Positions 51,769 through 64,000 of a DNA stretch of 64,000 nt are shown here, one piece after another. How positions within the stretch are numbered: position 1 is the first letter of the stretch; every line of letters begins with the position of its first letter. Both the position numbers and the translations under genes were made by a program. Below the pieces are notes generated by a model. That model worked only from the letters and a program-made list of their open reading frames with translations. It did no database searches and was not told where the DNA came from. This DNA comes from Podarcis liolepis. Taxonomy: Eukaryota. The stretch lies in assembly GCA_965112155.1 (NCBI GenBank), contig OZ218112.1; one strand, written 5' to 3'.

Positions 51769-51973
51769 AAAATTCCTTCCAGTAGCACCTTAAAGACCAA
51801 CTAAGTTAGTTCTTGGTATGAGCTTTCGTGTGCATGCACACTTCTTCAGATACCAGAAGAAGTGTGCATGCACACGAAAGCTCATACCAAGAACTAACTT
51901 AGTTGGTCTTTAAGGTGCTACTGGAAGGAATTTTTTTATTTTGACTATGGCAGACCAACACGGCTACCTATCT
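51769..51973. mobile_element. Penelope-like retroelement terminal remnant forming a perfect 79-bp inverted repeat
   Basis: Arms 51769-51847 and 51856-51934 are exact reverse complements around an 8-nt loop; contains a PLE-type minimal hammerhead; tail gcagaccaacacggctacct is shared with 18958-18980 and 60718-60740. Confidence 0.8.
51814..51855 (-). ncRNA. Minimal type I hammerhead ribozyme motif (Penelope-type)
   Basis: The - strand reads UGGUAU CUGAAGA A GUGUGCAUGCACAC GAAA GC UC AUACCA: stem I UGGUAU/AUACCA, CUGANGA and GAAA core, palindromic stem II, minimal palindromic stem III, and an NUH cleavage triplet CUC. Confidence 0.75.
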
Positions 51974-53946
51974 ATTATTATGATTATGATTATGATTATT
52001 ATTATTAAAGTTAAGAACATTGCTACTAACAATATATCTATCACAGCTTCTATAGCTGTAAGAGCTCTGTAGTTAAAAGTAGAAGTTGGCAAATGTGTCC
52101 TCTTTTTTTGCTCTTCAAAATATGGCAACCCTAAAACATCATGATAGTTGATGTCACATGTTCCATGACAAAAAAATACTTTTTTTAGTGGCAAGGAACT
52201 CTGAACAAAACAATACGAAGTGATAGAATTCTGAAAACAATAAAAAATCCTGCACTCACTGTCTAAATTAGCAGCACTTGTACTGAAGAGTTACTATCTA
52301 TACTGTCACTTTGAAAATCCTCCATAAGAACATAAGCAGAACCCTACTGGACCAGAACAAGGATCCATCCAGCCCACCACCCTGTTCTCACAGCGGCCAA
52401 CCACAGGCCCATGGGAAGCCTACAAACATAACTTGACCACAACATTACTCTTCTCTCCTGCAGTTCTCAGCAACTGGCATTCAGCGGCATGCTGCCTCCA
52501 TGGAAACTAATGCAGCAGGCAGTTTGTACATGGCCAGAAGCAATGTTAGCAGGAGACCTGCCTGCACTTCCCCATTCCCGCGTTTAGCAGGACCATTCTT
52601 TTTGTGCTCCCATTGTTTGAGACAAAATAGCAGGGAAAGTGCCCTCAATTATTCCAGCTCCCCATGGCATTTTCAACTGTGTGAACTCAAGCCAATGATC
52701 CCCAGCAGCCAAGAGTGAAAGCGAACAAACATCTTCGTAACTTTCAGGATTAACATTCAGGGGTTCATCATTCTGTATCAATCCTTAAGCCTAGCAAGAA
52801 TCATGTATCAAAATATTCTTGGTGAGAAGAAGCCACGGTGCTTCTCATTGGAAAAGAACCCCCCCCCCCCAATTTGTCATTCCCCTCAGCCTCCAGCAAG
52901 AATACTGTTCCCCACAGACTCATCCACAAGAGAACACTTCCCAAAATGGACAATGTTTTGGGGATTCTAAATTTGTCCTGGTTCATCAGTGTCCACTGGA
53001 TGATACCAGATTGTGATTTTTTTAAGCTTGATGGGGCTGGATCTCAGAGCTTGTCAATATATGAGACCTTTATTTGTAGTTTTGCAACTGAGCATATTTT
53101 TAAAAATTACACAGATGAAAGTTGTCAACTAAAGCAGCTAAGTTAAAGAAGATTCTCCTAAGGGTAGAGGTGAGTTTGCACAATTAAAAGTCAAAACAAG
53201 AAGTTCATAACTCCACAGCCCAATTTTGCCTTTCAATTTGCATTTTGATCCATCATGACATTCTAAGGATCTCTTAAGAACCATAATTGTAGCAGGACAG
53301 TTATTCTTAACTTTGTACTTACAGTACAAGCTATTCTATGTTATTTATTTTGGGGTCGCAGAGAGGCCTGAAAGGCAGCTCCCTAGGGAAGATTAAAATA
53401 TTCATTTCAGGAATGTTATTTAAGTAGGATAGAAAACTAGAGATGGAAAATTGCCTATAAACATAGATCTCCAGAGAACACATGAACCCACTAGAACTGC
53501 CTTCAAGAAGCCATAAACTCTCAAGCTCCATTCCCCTTCTGCAATGTGGGGAGGATACTGACTTAACTTGATCTTACAGCTTGCAAGGAGGTCTGTGAAG
53601 CACTTTGAAGCCTTTCAAGTGCAAGATGGTAAACGCTATAAGTAATCATCAATATGCCTTTAGAACCATATTAAGACTTTCAAAAAATCAATTCATACAT
53701 TTTATGATGTCAGTTGAACCCTCAACTTGAAGCAAATCCTAGCTACTTGAAAGCTGTTTTATGCCCATCAGCATGCAGAGATATTAAAATAATACTACAA
53801 AATTTAGAATAAATTTAACTGTGGATAATGTGTGTTGCCTATAAAGGAAAGTCCTCTTATCAACAAACACTAAGGGAAGTTTGAAAGCAACAAGGAAGCA
53901 CAACCCATATTCTTTTTTCTACCTCACCCTCCAAAGTATGGGATTA

Positions 53947-54180
53947 CAGTGGTACTTCAGATTAAGTACTTAATTCGTTCCAGAGGTCCATTCTTAACCT
54001 GAAACTGTTCTTAACCTGAAGCACCACTTTAGCTAATGGGGCCTCCTCCTGCTGCCGGAGCCCGATTTCTGTTCTTATCCTGAAGCAAAGTTCTTAACCT
54101 GAAGCACTATTTCTGGCTTAGTGGAGTGTGTAACCTGAAGCATATGTAACCTGAAGCATATGTAATCCAAGGTACCACTG
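53947..54180. mobile_element. Tc1/mariner-pogo-type MITE, subfamily B
   Basis: TA|CAGTGGTACTTC ... AAGGTACCACTG|TA. Confidence 0.85.
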
Positions 54181-54230
54181 TATGATACTTTTGACAGACA
54201 GCAAAATAAAAATTGGAGGATTATCTCTAT

Positions 54231-54425
54231 GTTGTGGACTCTTCTTCATTGGAGGTTTTTAAGCAGAAGCTGGCTGGCCATCTGTCATGGATGCTTGGCA
54301 GGGGGTTGGACTCGATGGCCCTTGTGGTCTCTTCCAACTCTATGATTCTATGATTCTACTTTAATTGAGGTTCCTGTGTTGCAGGCAATTGGACTAGAAG
54401 ACCCCTGGGTTCCCTAACTCTACAA
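54231..54425 (+). mobile_element. Old CR1 3' end with a young CR1 3' tip (54293-54358) inserted in it
   Basis: Inner piece is the reverse complement of ~41142-41201 with TATGATTC repeats; flanks rejoin as a diverged CR1 3' end. Confidence 0.7.
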
Positions 54426-55505
54426 CCTTTTTCAGCCCAAGGACCACATTCCTGTGTAGACAACTTTCCAGGGATGCCAGTGGTGAGCAGGGTGAGAAGC
54501 AGAATTGCAACAGATGTGACTCTTACCTTTTTATGGTAGGTGACATTGCAGCCATGCCAGAGGTTTCTACACCCCCCCCCCATTCAACCACTACCTCAAG
54601 GTCACAGTTTTAAAATACATTCCATACGGGCAACAGCACCCATGGAGTGTGTGGAACTGGGCTGGTGAGAGGAGGTGTATCTTGGGAGGCACCCCAGGAC
54701 CTGGAGGGTCACATTTGGCCCCCAGGATTGAGGTTACCCATAACTGGTCTATAGTTCTCTCCATTACAATAAAAAACACAGCAGTTATCTGTAAGCTAGT
54801 GAAAGGATCATATCCACCATGTTCAGGGAAGCTCTAGCAAAACAAATATTTACAGAGAGTTTAAGGATATCTGTCATGTCAGTATCTTCACTGGAATGTT
54901 CTTGAGATGTGACACTGCCCAATAACCTGGTGATTCTTGTTTGAGATTTCACACCCCTGTCATGAGTTGATATTCTGTTGTACGCTTGTAACACTCCCAT
55001 ATTCTACCTTAATGTACTGAGAAATCTTAGCTTGCCCAGTAGAAGAATTCTTTTGTTTAATAGGTTTTTTTCTTACAGTAATACCCGCATTGGAGTCATG
55101 AATTCAGTCGTGCAAAATATGGAATACAAACTACAGTAGGTAGCCTCAAAGAAAGAGTAGACAAGGAACTATTACCACACAGGTGGAGAGATGAAACATG
55201 AAGCAGTATGACTTGCAACAAGGAAATCTCTTTAACCTTTGTATGTTATATTTCACTGTTTTACTTCCTTCATTAGTTTGGGTCAGGAATACTTTTCAAG
55301 ATGACGAAATCTAAATCTACATGAAGATATTTACCAAACATTAGTGCACTGAATAATGTATCCACCTGTTCTGTAAACCAGCAAAGCCTTAGCATTTCCC
55401 AAATGCAATGCAATACACTTATCTAGGCTGGTATCTCATGGCTATGAACAACCAAGGGTTACTCTGGTAGCAATATACATTTGTGAATATTGTGAAGCAA
55501 CTAGA

Positions 55506-58500
55506 CAACAACAACAACAACAACAACAATTTATTATTTATACCCCGCCCATCTGGCTGAGTTTCCCCAGCCACTCTGGGCGGCTCCCAATCAGTGTTAA
55601 AAACAGTACAGCGTTACATATTAAAAACTTCCCTGAACAGGGCTGCCTTAAGATGTCTTCTGAATGTCAGGTAATTATTTATCTTTTTGACATCTGATGG
55701 GAGGGCGTTCCACACGGTGGGCGCCACTACCGAGAAGGCCCTCTGCCTGGTTCCCTGTAGCCTCACTTCTCGCACTGAGGGAACCGCCAGAAGGCCCTCG
55801 GCGCTGGATCTCAGTGTCCGGGCTGAACGATGGGGATGGAGACGCTCCTTCAGGTATACAGGACCGATGCCGTTTAGGGCTTTAAAGGTCAGCACCAACA
55901 CTTTGAATCGTGCTCGGAAACGTACTGGGAGCCAATGCAGATCTCTCAGAACCGGTGTTATGTGGTCCCGGTGGCCACTCCCAGTCACCAGTCTAGCTGC
56001 CGCATTCTGGATTAATTGCAGTTTCTGGGTCACCTTCAAAGGTAGCCCCACGTAGAGCGCGTTGCAGTAGTCCAAGCGTGAGATAACCAGAGCATGCACC
56101 ACTCTGGGGAGACAGTTCGCAGGCAGGTAGGGTCTTAGCCTGTGTACCAGGTGGAGCTGGTAGACAGCTGCCCTGGACACAGAGTTAATCTGCGCCTCCA
56201 TGGACAGCTGTGAGTCCAAAATGACTCCCAGGCTGCGCACCTGGTCCTTCAGGGGCACAGTTACCCCATTCAAGACCAGGGAATCCCCCACACCAACCCG
56301 CTCCCTGTCCGCCAAAAACAGTACTTCTGTCTTGTCAGGATTCAACCTCAATCTGTTAGCCGCCATCCATCCTCCAACCGCCTCCAGGCACTCACACAGG
56401 ACCTTCACCGCCTTCACTGGTTCTGATTTAAAGGAGAGGTAGAGCTGGGTGTCATCTGCATACTGATGAACACCCAGTCCAAACCCCCTGATGATCTCTC
56501 CCAGCGGCTTCATATAGATATTAAAAAGCATGGGGGAGAGGACAGAACCCTGAGGCACCCCACAAGTGAGAGCCCAGGGGTCTGAACACTCATCCCCCAC
56601 CACCACTTTCTGGACACGGCCCAGGAGGAAGGAGGTGAACCACTTTATGACAGTGCCCCCAGCTCCCAGCCCCTCTAGACGGTCCAGGAGGATGTTATGG
56701 TCGATGGTGTCAAAGGCCGCTGAGAGATCCAGCAGAACTAGGAAACAGCTCTCACCTTTGTCCCTAGCCCACCGGAGATCATCAACCAGCGCGACCAAGG
56801 CAGTTTCAGTCCCATGGTGAGGCCTGAATCCTGATTGGAAGGGATCCAAATGGTCCGTTTCCTCCAGGCGTGCTTGGGATTGTTCAGCAACCACCCGCTC
56901 AATCACCTTGCCCAAGAATGGCAGATTTGAGACTGGGCGATAGTTGGCCAAATTGGCCGGGTCTAAAGATGTTTTTTTAAGAAGCGGTTTAATGACCGCC
57001 TCTTTCAGCGGGTCTGGGAAGGCTCCCTCACAGAGGGAAGCATTCACCACCCCGCAGAGCCCATCACCCAGCCCTTCCCGGCTCACTTTTATCAGCCAGG
57101 ATGGGCAAGGATCAAGGAGACAGGTGGTCGGTTTCACTTGTCCAAGCAGCCTGTCCACATCCTCGGAGGTAACAGATTGGAATTGATCCCATGTAACAGG
57201 ACCAGACAGAACTCTAGCACTCTCCCGCCCTGGCCCTGCTCCCACGGTGGAGTCTACCTCCTTCTGAATCTGAGCAATTTTATCTGCAAAAAACTTTGCA
57301 AAAGCATTGCAGGAGATCTTGGGGTCCCTACCAGGTCCCGGTGGTACAGGTGGTTCCGATAGATTGCAAACCACCTGAAAAGGTCTCTTGCTGCTGTTTT
57401 CTGCAGATGCAATGGAGGCGGCGAAGAAGGCCCTCTTCGCCGTCGCCATTGCCACTTGGTAGGCTCGACGTTGAGCTCTAGCCCGTGTCCGGTCTGATTC
57501 AGAATGAGTTTTCCACCACCGGCGCTCTAGCCGTCTCAACGATTGTTTCATCACCCTCAGCTCCGGGGAAAACCAAGGGACTGTCCGGGCTCCAAGCAAT
57601 CAGAGAGGGCGCTTCGGAGCCAGACAGTCAATAGCCCTGGTTAACTCCGCATTCCAGTGTGCCACCAGGGAATCAGCTGAAAGGCCATCAACTTGGGATA
57701 AAGCATCCCCTACCACTCTCTGGAAGCCAATTGGATCCATTAAGTGGCGGGGGCGGACCATCCGAATCGGTCCCACCTCCCTGCAGAGGGGCAGGGTTGC
57801 GGAGAAGTCCAGTTGCACCAGAAGTGATCTGACCATGGCACTTCTTTTGTTTCGCTTTTAGTTAGTGTCAGATCACCAACATCCATAGAGGTGAACACCA
57901 AGTCTAAGGCATGTCCACGGCTATGAGTTGGGCCAAACTTATTCAGGGACAGCCCCATGGAGGCCATGCTTTCCATGAAGTCCCGAGCGGCCCCTTGTAA
58001 GGTCGTGTCGGCATGGATGTTAAAATCCCCCAGGACAACCAAGCTAGGTGTCTCCAGGAACATATCCGCCACGACCTGAAGCAGCTCGGGCAGGGAATCC
58101 TTGGTGCAGCAGGGAGGTCGGTACACCAGTAGGAATCCTGTACTGCCCCTATCGCCCAACTTCCAGAACATGCACTCAGAAAACTGGGTCTTCCCAATAG
58201 GACGCCTGGTGCAGACTAATGACTTCCTAAAAATCACTGCAACCCCCCCTCCCTGCCCACATGACCTGGGTTGCTGTGCGTAAGAGAAACCTGGTGGGCA
58301 AGCAGCGGCAAGGACAGGCCCATCTGCTTCATCCAACCAGGTCTCTGTCACACATGCCAGGTCAAATCCTCCATCCACAATCAGGCCGTGGGTGGCAGTG
58401 GTTTTATTCATCATTGACCTGGCATTGCACAGCAACACTTTCAGGTCATGTGGGTATCCCTTGCTGATTACTGTATCCTTCCGGTCAGGACCAGACCTGG

Positions 58501-59118
58501 AGGCAGGGATAGTCCTCAAACAAGGACTAAACCTGCCTCCTCGGTAATGACATGGTCTGGTCTTAGCGTAACTCCTCCTCCTGCCCGTGATCACTGAGAT
58601 CGGGTGTCCCAATACATCCCCCCCTGTGGAACCTGCCCCACCCAATCTATTGGCTGAGGCCCACTCCCAGGCAGCCATGACCCTTCCCCTTAGAAAGCAA
58701 AATACAAACTATATAATAATTTAACAGAATAATAATAATAATACAAAACAAAGCAAGAAACAATAACGCTGACTAAATGCTTATCCCACCCCAAGCAAAA
58801 ATAAAATAATGAAATATAATATTATAAAAAACAACCACCACCATTTAAGGTGCTGCAAATTAAAAGCAATTAAAACATTTAAAACCATTTTGTCCATTGC
58901 TGCCGGTAGCTGCTCAGGCCTCTAAACTGTAGTGGTAGTGCAGGCCCTGCCCCCTAGGCCGGATGGAGTTGGCAGGAGAGGGAGCGGTCTTCCCAGCACT
59001 CACACAAGCAGCAACAGCAGCCGTGTCCCGGAGGCCTCTCTCAGGCCTCTTATGCTGTGGCGGTGGGTGCAGGCCCCACCCCCTAGGCCAGATGGTGTTG
59101 GCAGAAAAGATGGAGTTG
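55506..59118 (-). mobile_element. L2 LINE, young, complete ORF2 region with two lesions
   Basis: APE domain (CNARS, TETWL, VYRPP, GDFN, LDLVF, SDH) in 57740..58678 and RT (QSGFR, LDLSAAFD, PQGSVLSP, QYADD) in 55614..57599; (GTT)n tail; ~127-bp tandem unit at the 5' end. Confidence 0.93.
55614..58678 (-). pseudogene. L2 ORF2 (endonuclease-reverse transcriptase), ~1020 codons, disrupted
   Basis: One 1-nt frameshift after SDHF (~57820) and one in-frame TGA at 57600-57602 (probably from CGA); ORFs 57600..57836 and 55614..57599 are contiguous and in frame. Confidence 0.9.
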
Positions 59119-59423
59119 ACAATGATCCAACACTGCTAGAAAAGCTGGACTACCCATAAGACATGGGTCCAACGCCTAACAGAAAATAATGCCAAACTCA
59201 GTGCTGCAAGTGGCACTACTCTAGTGACAGATGCCTCATTTGCAAAAGGGGAAGAGCCCCTTCTATGCTTCAGAAGGCCAATAGTTACTTTTAATCCTGG
59301 CACCTACCCATATAGAAAGTAGATTTAAAATGCTAAAAGACTGGAGGTATATGCTCTTTTACTGACTACATGCCATAGTAGGAATCAACCATCTGTGAGG
59401 TACTAAACCCTAATAGTTTAAGG

Positions 59424-59604
59424 CAGTGGTTCCCAATTATCTAACTACTGAGTACCCCATTTTTCAAAAGCATAGCCAAGGGCTGCCTGTTTTTGAAAAT
59501 TTTGATATGTATAGTAGTTTTTGTTATGTGAATGGTGCCACAGACCCCCTAGATGTGTTACTCTGACCCCTTGAGGTCTGCAGACCACCAACTGGGAACC
59601 ACTG
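59424..59604. mobile_element. hAT MITE
   Basis: TIR CAGTGGTTCCCA / TGGGAACCACTG; TSD GTTTAAGG / GTTTAAAA. Confidence 0.75.
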
Positions 59605-61689
59605 GTTTAAAAAATAATGTAATTTGCCTTCGCTTGCAATTCTACAAGGAGTAACGGAATAGTCCTGAAAAGTGTTTTGCACTTAAAACTACAGCTGTCG
59701 TTTTCTGTGAAAAGCAGAAGTTTGGCATGTACATAAACTCTTACATCAGCCCTCAAAACAGGAAGGTTGTTAGCAATATCTGTCTGACACTGAGCAGTCT
59801 ATGCAAAATTAATTTGTGTTCTCAAGTCTAACAAGTTAGCAGGTCTCAACATCACAGAAACATCAATCAAAAGTTAACATGCCGAGCTGCCTTCCAGAGT
59901 GGGTTGTCCGAGGCTGCAAATTAAGAACAATGTTTCTACCAGTCTATATCTTTGTGAACACCCACTTCAGTCAACACTGTTTGATCCTCCCTGCTATAAT
60001 GCTAAATAACCTAAAACTCAAGAGGGAAAACAGTGCCTTTTCTCCTGACAAAGCAGAGTTCAAAGCTTGATCAAGATGACAACAGAGCAGGAATATCAAG
60101 AAGCACATAATTATTAACATGAAGCACTTTACTTTTATAAAAAGTACAACAAATCATTACCCTTCATTACAACAAAGCACATAGTCTGCAAGTTTAAATG
60201 AATATTGATTTCTTCCCCAATTAACAGTTTTCAAGGGCTCTCTACTCTGCTCCCTATTGTCTTTGGAGCCAATACTGCAACCCTGACTACATCTGTGTTG
60301 AAAAGTGTCCCAATAATTTTAAAGGGATTTAAACCCAACTAGGTATTCTCAGGATTACAGCATTAGCCCTCTCACTAGTGTCTGATTGTATGCTAAAAAT
60401 CCTTTTCTTAGTTCTATTTCTTTCCAAACTAGTTAAAATGTTCCAAGTTATTTTTGTTATCTTCAGAACTATAATTAATCTTTCTACAGTTACGTATTCC
60501 ACATAAACCCATCAGAAGTGGCGATCTTTATTTACATCTTATCTGGAGCATGTCGTCTTCAAAAAGGTGGGGGTTTTTTGGGGGGTGTCTTTTGTAAACA
60601 AGTTTCCCTCAGACTCCACAAACTTCTGGAGTTATGAGCAAGAAAGAATGGCTAATTTCACTCTGAAGGTTTTGTATTATTGCACCACTTTCTCTAACTG
60701 ACAATAATTTGACTGCGGCAGACCAACACAGCTACCTACCTGTAACTAGTGCGCATTTGTTACACTTCATATACTTAATACTTGCTGCTTTTACTAAAGG
60801 AGTAAGTCTGCCTTCATTTTTTGACTATACTCTTTAAATATTTCTATTGTGACAATTGGAGTGCCCTCTGAAAACAGCTTTAAAAATAGTATTCTACTGA
60901 CCTGTTCTTCAGTATCAATATTAGCCTTCAAATTCCTATCGGCCAAAACAGGAGTTCTGTGTGCACATTTTTGAGCTATAAACTCCAGTTAAACCTGAAG
61001 AACCATCACAGACTAAGAGCAAGCTGTGAATTCCATCCCATCACATGCAACACAACTGGAGTGTTGGCCAGTTTCCAAGCACAGCCTTTGCATAGATATG
61101 CCAACAAACATTATTTCAATCTGACAGATATCGCTAAAGGCTGAAGGCAAGTTCTAATGTTTCATCCAGGAAAAGTAGTAGTTGTACATTGGTTTTCGAA
61201 CAGCTTAGTTCTCAAATGTTTTGGCTCCCAAATGCCACAAACCCTGAGTGTTCCAGTTTGCAAACTATTTTTGGAAGCCAAACGTCTGATGGGGCTTTCG
61301 ATTGGCTGCAGGAGCTTCCTGCAGCCAATCGGAAGCTGCACTTTGGTTTCTCAAACCTTTTGGAAGTCAAACAGACTTCCGGAACGGATTCCGTTCGACT
61401 TTCAAGGGATGAATGTAATGTGAACCAAGGGCTGTGAAGCTGCTACATTTTCTGGGGATGCAAAGTCCCAACACAACTCCCTCTTCAATTGAACAAGTAT
61501 TCCTGTACTCCTTCAAACCCATCCAGAATGGCATCAATAAGGTTGGAATCTCAGTATCCCCTCATGGGTAGGTAGTTGCCATGTTTACCTGTTCAGGAAG
61601 TTACCTGTTCAGGATGGGGCTGTACTGGCTCTGAAGGAACAAGTGCATTGCTTGGAGTACTCCTGAAAACACATTTGTAGCTAGAAGTC

Positions 61690-62260
61690 CAAGTGTCCTC
61701 TGTGGACAGGAGTGCCTTTTATGAGCTTCATCTCGTTCATCTGGAACTACAGCTGTTCCTGAACAGGGAAAGCCTGACCACTGCAGTTCACCAAGTGTTG
61801 GAAACCTCAAGGCAAGATTACTGTAATGTGCACTATGTGGGGCTGCCCCTGGGTCTGGGTCAGAAACTCCAGCTGGTGCAGAATGTGGCACTCAGACTGC
61901 TGAAAGGAGCTCCTGGTTGAGAACACATGGAGACATTGTTAAAACAGGAGCACTAGCTGCCCATTTACTACTGGGCTGGGGTCATGGTTCTTGTATGAAT
62001 TTACAAAGCCTGAACAACTTAGTTGTAGAGTTCCTCAAGAATTACCTGAACCCTTACATCCCAGATCGATCACTGAGATCACCTGCAGGAGCATCACTGG
62101 TCATTCCCTGAGTTGGTAAGGCTCATTTGATAACAAGAGTCTTTATTTTCATTAGCTCAGTCCTGTGAATACTCTGCCAATGGAAATTCAGCAGACACCT
62201 TCTGTGCCATATTTTTAAAATGTCTACTACAAACTTTTCTACCCTGCCAGGCCTAGCTAT
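61690..62260 (+). mobile_element. Old L2 RT 3' fragment
   Basis: Degenerate translation SSVDRSAFYELHLVH...SRQDYCNVHYVGLPL...KLQLVQN aligns by eye to the C-terminus of ORF 55614..57599. Confidence 0.8.
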
Positions 62261-62910
62261 ACAGGCAATTAAGAACACATTCTTCTACAATGGTTAATTG
62301 ATGTCTGTTTTTAACTTTGTTATGGTTTTTATTGTACAATTTTATGTTTTATTCCTGTAACCCACTTCTATATATTTTTATAGCATAGCAGTGTATAAAT
62401 ATTTTTATTTTTTTTAAAAAAGAGTACCCCTGATGGGATAAAATGGCAGATAGAAAGGCACATCTACCCACCCTCCAAATTTTGTAAAAGGAAAACTTAT
62501 ATATTATATTAGTGAACAAGCCACTTCCAGGGCTTCTGATTGAACTTTCAGTTCTCCACAGCCAGAAGCCACATTTATGCTTAAATGAGCCTATTTTTAT
62601 TGTCAATCAGCATCTCATTGTCAAAATACTAAAGTAGTTCAGAATTCAGTTAATAACAGTAGGTATGTCAGATCCAAATCACAGACAAACTACATTACGC
62701 TACCCAAGACAACTCAGCAGGCTGGAATGATTTAAAATTAGATACAAATTTTCAGTATAAATATGCCAGTAACCTCTACATATGTAAGGAACGCAGCTTC
62801 CTTGGAAGGGAACTAAGTCAAACACACACAAAAACTCCTGTGGCTCACCACAGAGCATAGAAAAAAATCAAAGCAAATACACAATGGAAAGATCAAAGTA
62901 CATGCATATA

Positions 62911-63150
62911 CAGTAGTACCTCGGGATGTGAACGGGATCCGTTCCGGAGCCCTGTTCACATCCTGAATAGAACGTAAGACGCGACCACGCAGGTTGCATT
63001 TTGCCGCTTCCATGCATGCGCGTGACATCATTTTGAGCGTCTGCGCATGCGGCGAAACCTGGAAGTAATGCACTCCGTTACCTCCGGGTTGTCGTGGAGC
63101 GTAACTTGAAAACGCTCAACCTGAAGCACATTCAACCCGAGGTATGACTG
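62911..63150. mobile_element. Tc1/mariner-pogo-type MITE, subfamily A
   Basis: TA|CAGTAGTACCTC ... GAGGTATGACTG|TA. Confidence 0.85.
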
Positions 63151-64000
63151 TAGTCCTGTTCACATACTGTTTATGTGCACACACTATACTGTTGTAACCA
63201 GTCTCAACAATCTTTGGAAACTTGAGTACTTTGAGAGGCAAGGGAACCTCTTCAGAAAACTCTTAACACCATCAAACTTACAGTTCCCATGAATCTCTGA
63301 AGGAAGTCATGACGGTCTTAGGGTAACCTGATTAAAATTTAATACCACCTTGTTTAGAGTTCTGGACAAGCTAAGCAGGAATTATTCTATTTCAAGCTCC
63401 TTCAAACAAGTCCAACATTATGTAGTAAAAGTTGCAAGTACAGGTGTCCAAATATTTCCCATGGTCCTACCTTAAATATACCTATGAGAGAACACTACAT
63501 TCAAGTCCAGATCTGTTTACACTTCCTGAAATCAAGCTACACACACTTCCATGCTACATCCATCCTTGAAGAAACATTTATTTTGTGTTATGCACCTTCA
63601 TTTTAAAAAATTCATCCAAGAACTCTTTATTCTCTGCAGCTATATAAAACCAAAACAGAGAATACTATTAACTCTATGCATATCTAGGTTAAGCTACCAG
63701 CTATGAAGTAAAAGGAAGTGTGCTATTACATAAAGTTTATTGCCAACTCTACAAAGTTTTTCCTGGAATTCAGCCCTGCCCAAGAATAATCACAAAATCA
63801 AAGGGAGAAAATGGAGGAATATATTTTTAGGTTTGAAAAATGAAAATTCACTTCCAATTTGCTTGCAGCTACTCATGTATGGTGAGAATTGCCTCCATTC
63901 AAGGAGGCTAATGATGAAAAATGGGTTCTTCCCATAACCCCGTCAGAAGATCGAATCAGGATTCAATGTGACCATAACAGATTGAAGAGTTGAGCCCAAA

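Noticed and set aside
47832-64000. Search for STK26 ATG exon (MAHSPVAVQVPGMQ-like) and CpG-island promoter
   Set aside because: Not found; the CpG-rich patches here are all explained by MITEs or the L2.

Overview
Vertebrate (squamate, most likely lacertid lizard) genomic DNA carrying two convergent, spliced protein-coding genes. FRMD7 lies on the + strand: 11 exons equivalent to human exons 2-12 span 5633-25106, and its first coding exon lies upstream of the window. STK26/MST4 lies on the - strand: 10 exons equivalent to human coding exons 3-12 span 47831-28837, and the ATG exon was not found in the window. All 21 exons have GT-AG boundaries and join into open frames (683 aa of FRMD7, 402 aa of STK26). 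The introns are dense in lizard transposable elements: Sauria SINEs with TSDs, MIR/Squam3-like SINEs, young CR1 fragments, a near-intact L2 ORF2, an L1 3' end, Tc1/mariner-type, hAT and Harbinger MITEs, and Penelope-type palindromes. The most notable observations are: a complete minimal hammerhead ribozyme in STK26 sense orientation, embedded in a perfect 79-bp inverted repeat; a second, CpG-decayed hammerhead palindrome; a Ser->Cys change in the conserved FA-domain motif of FRMD7; a MITE family carrying NRF1/CRE/ETS motifs; a chimeric MITE containing a captured L2 tail; and a sense-oriented L2 with gene-trap-like signals. No prokaryotic-type system (CRISPR, operon) is present, and I found no clearly novel protein-coding system. 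Gene and repeat family names come from recall of known sequences, not from database searches.
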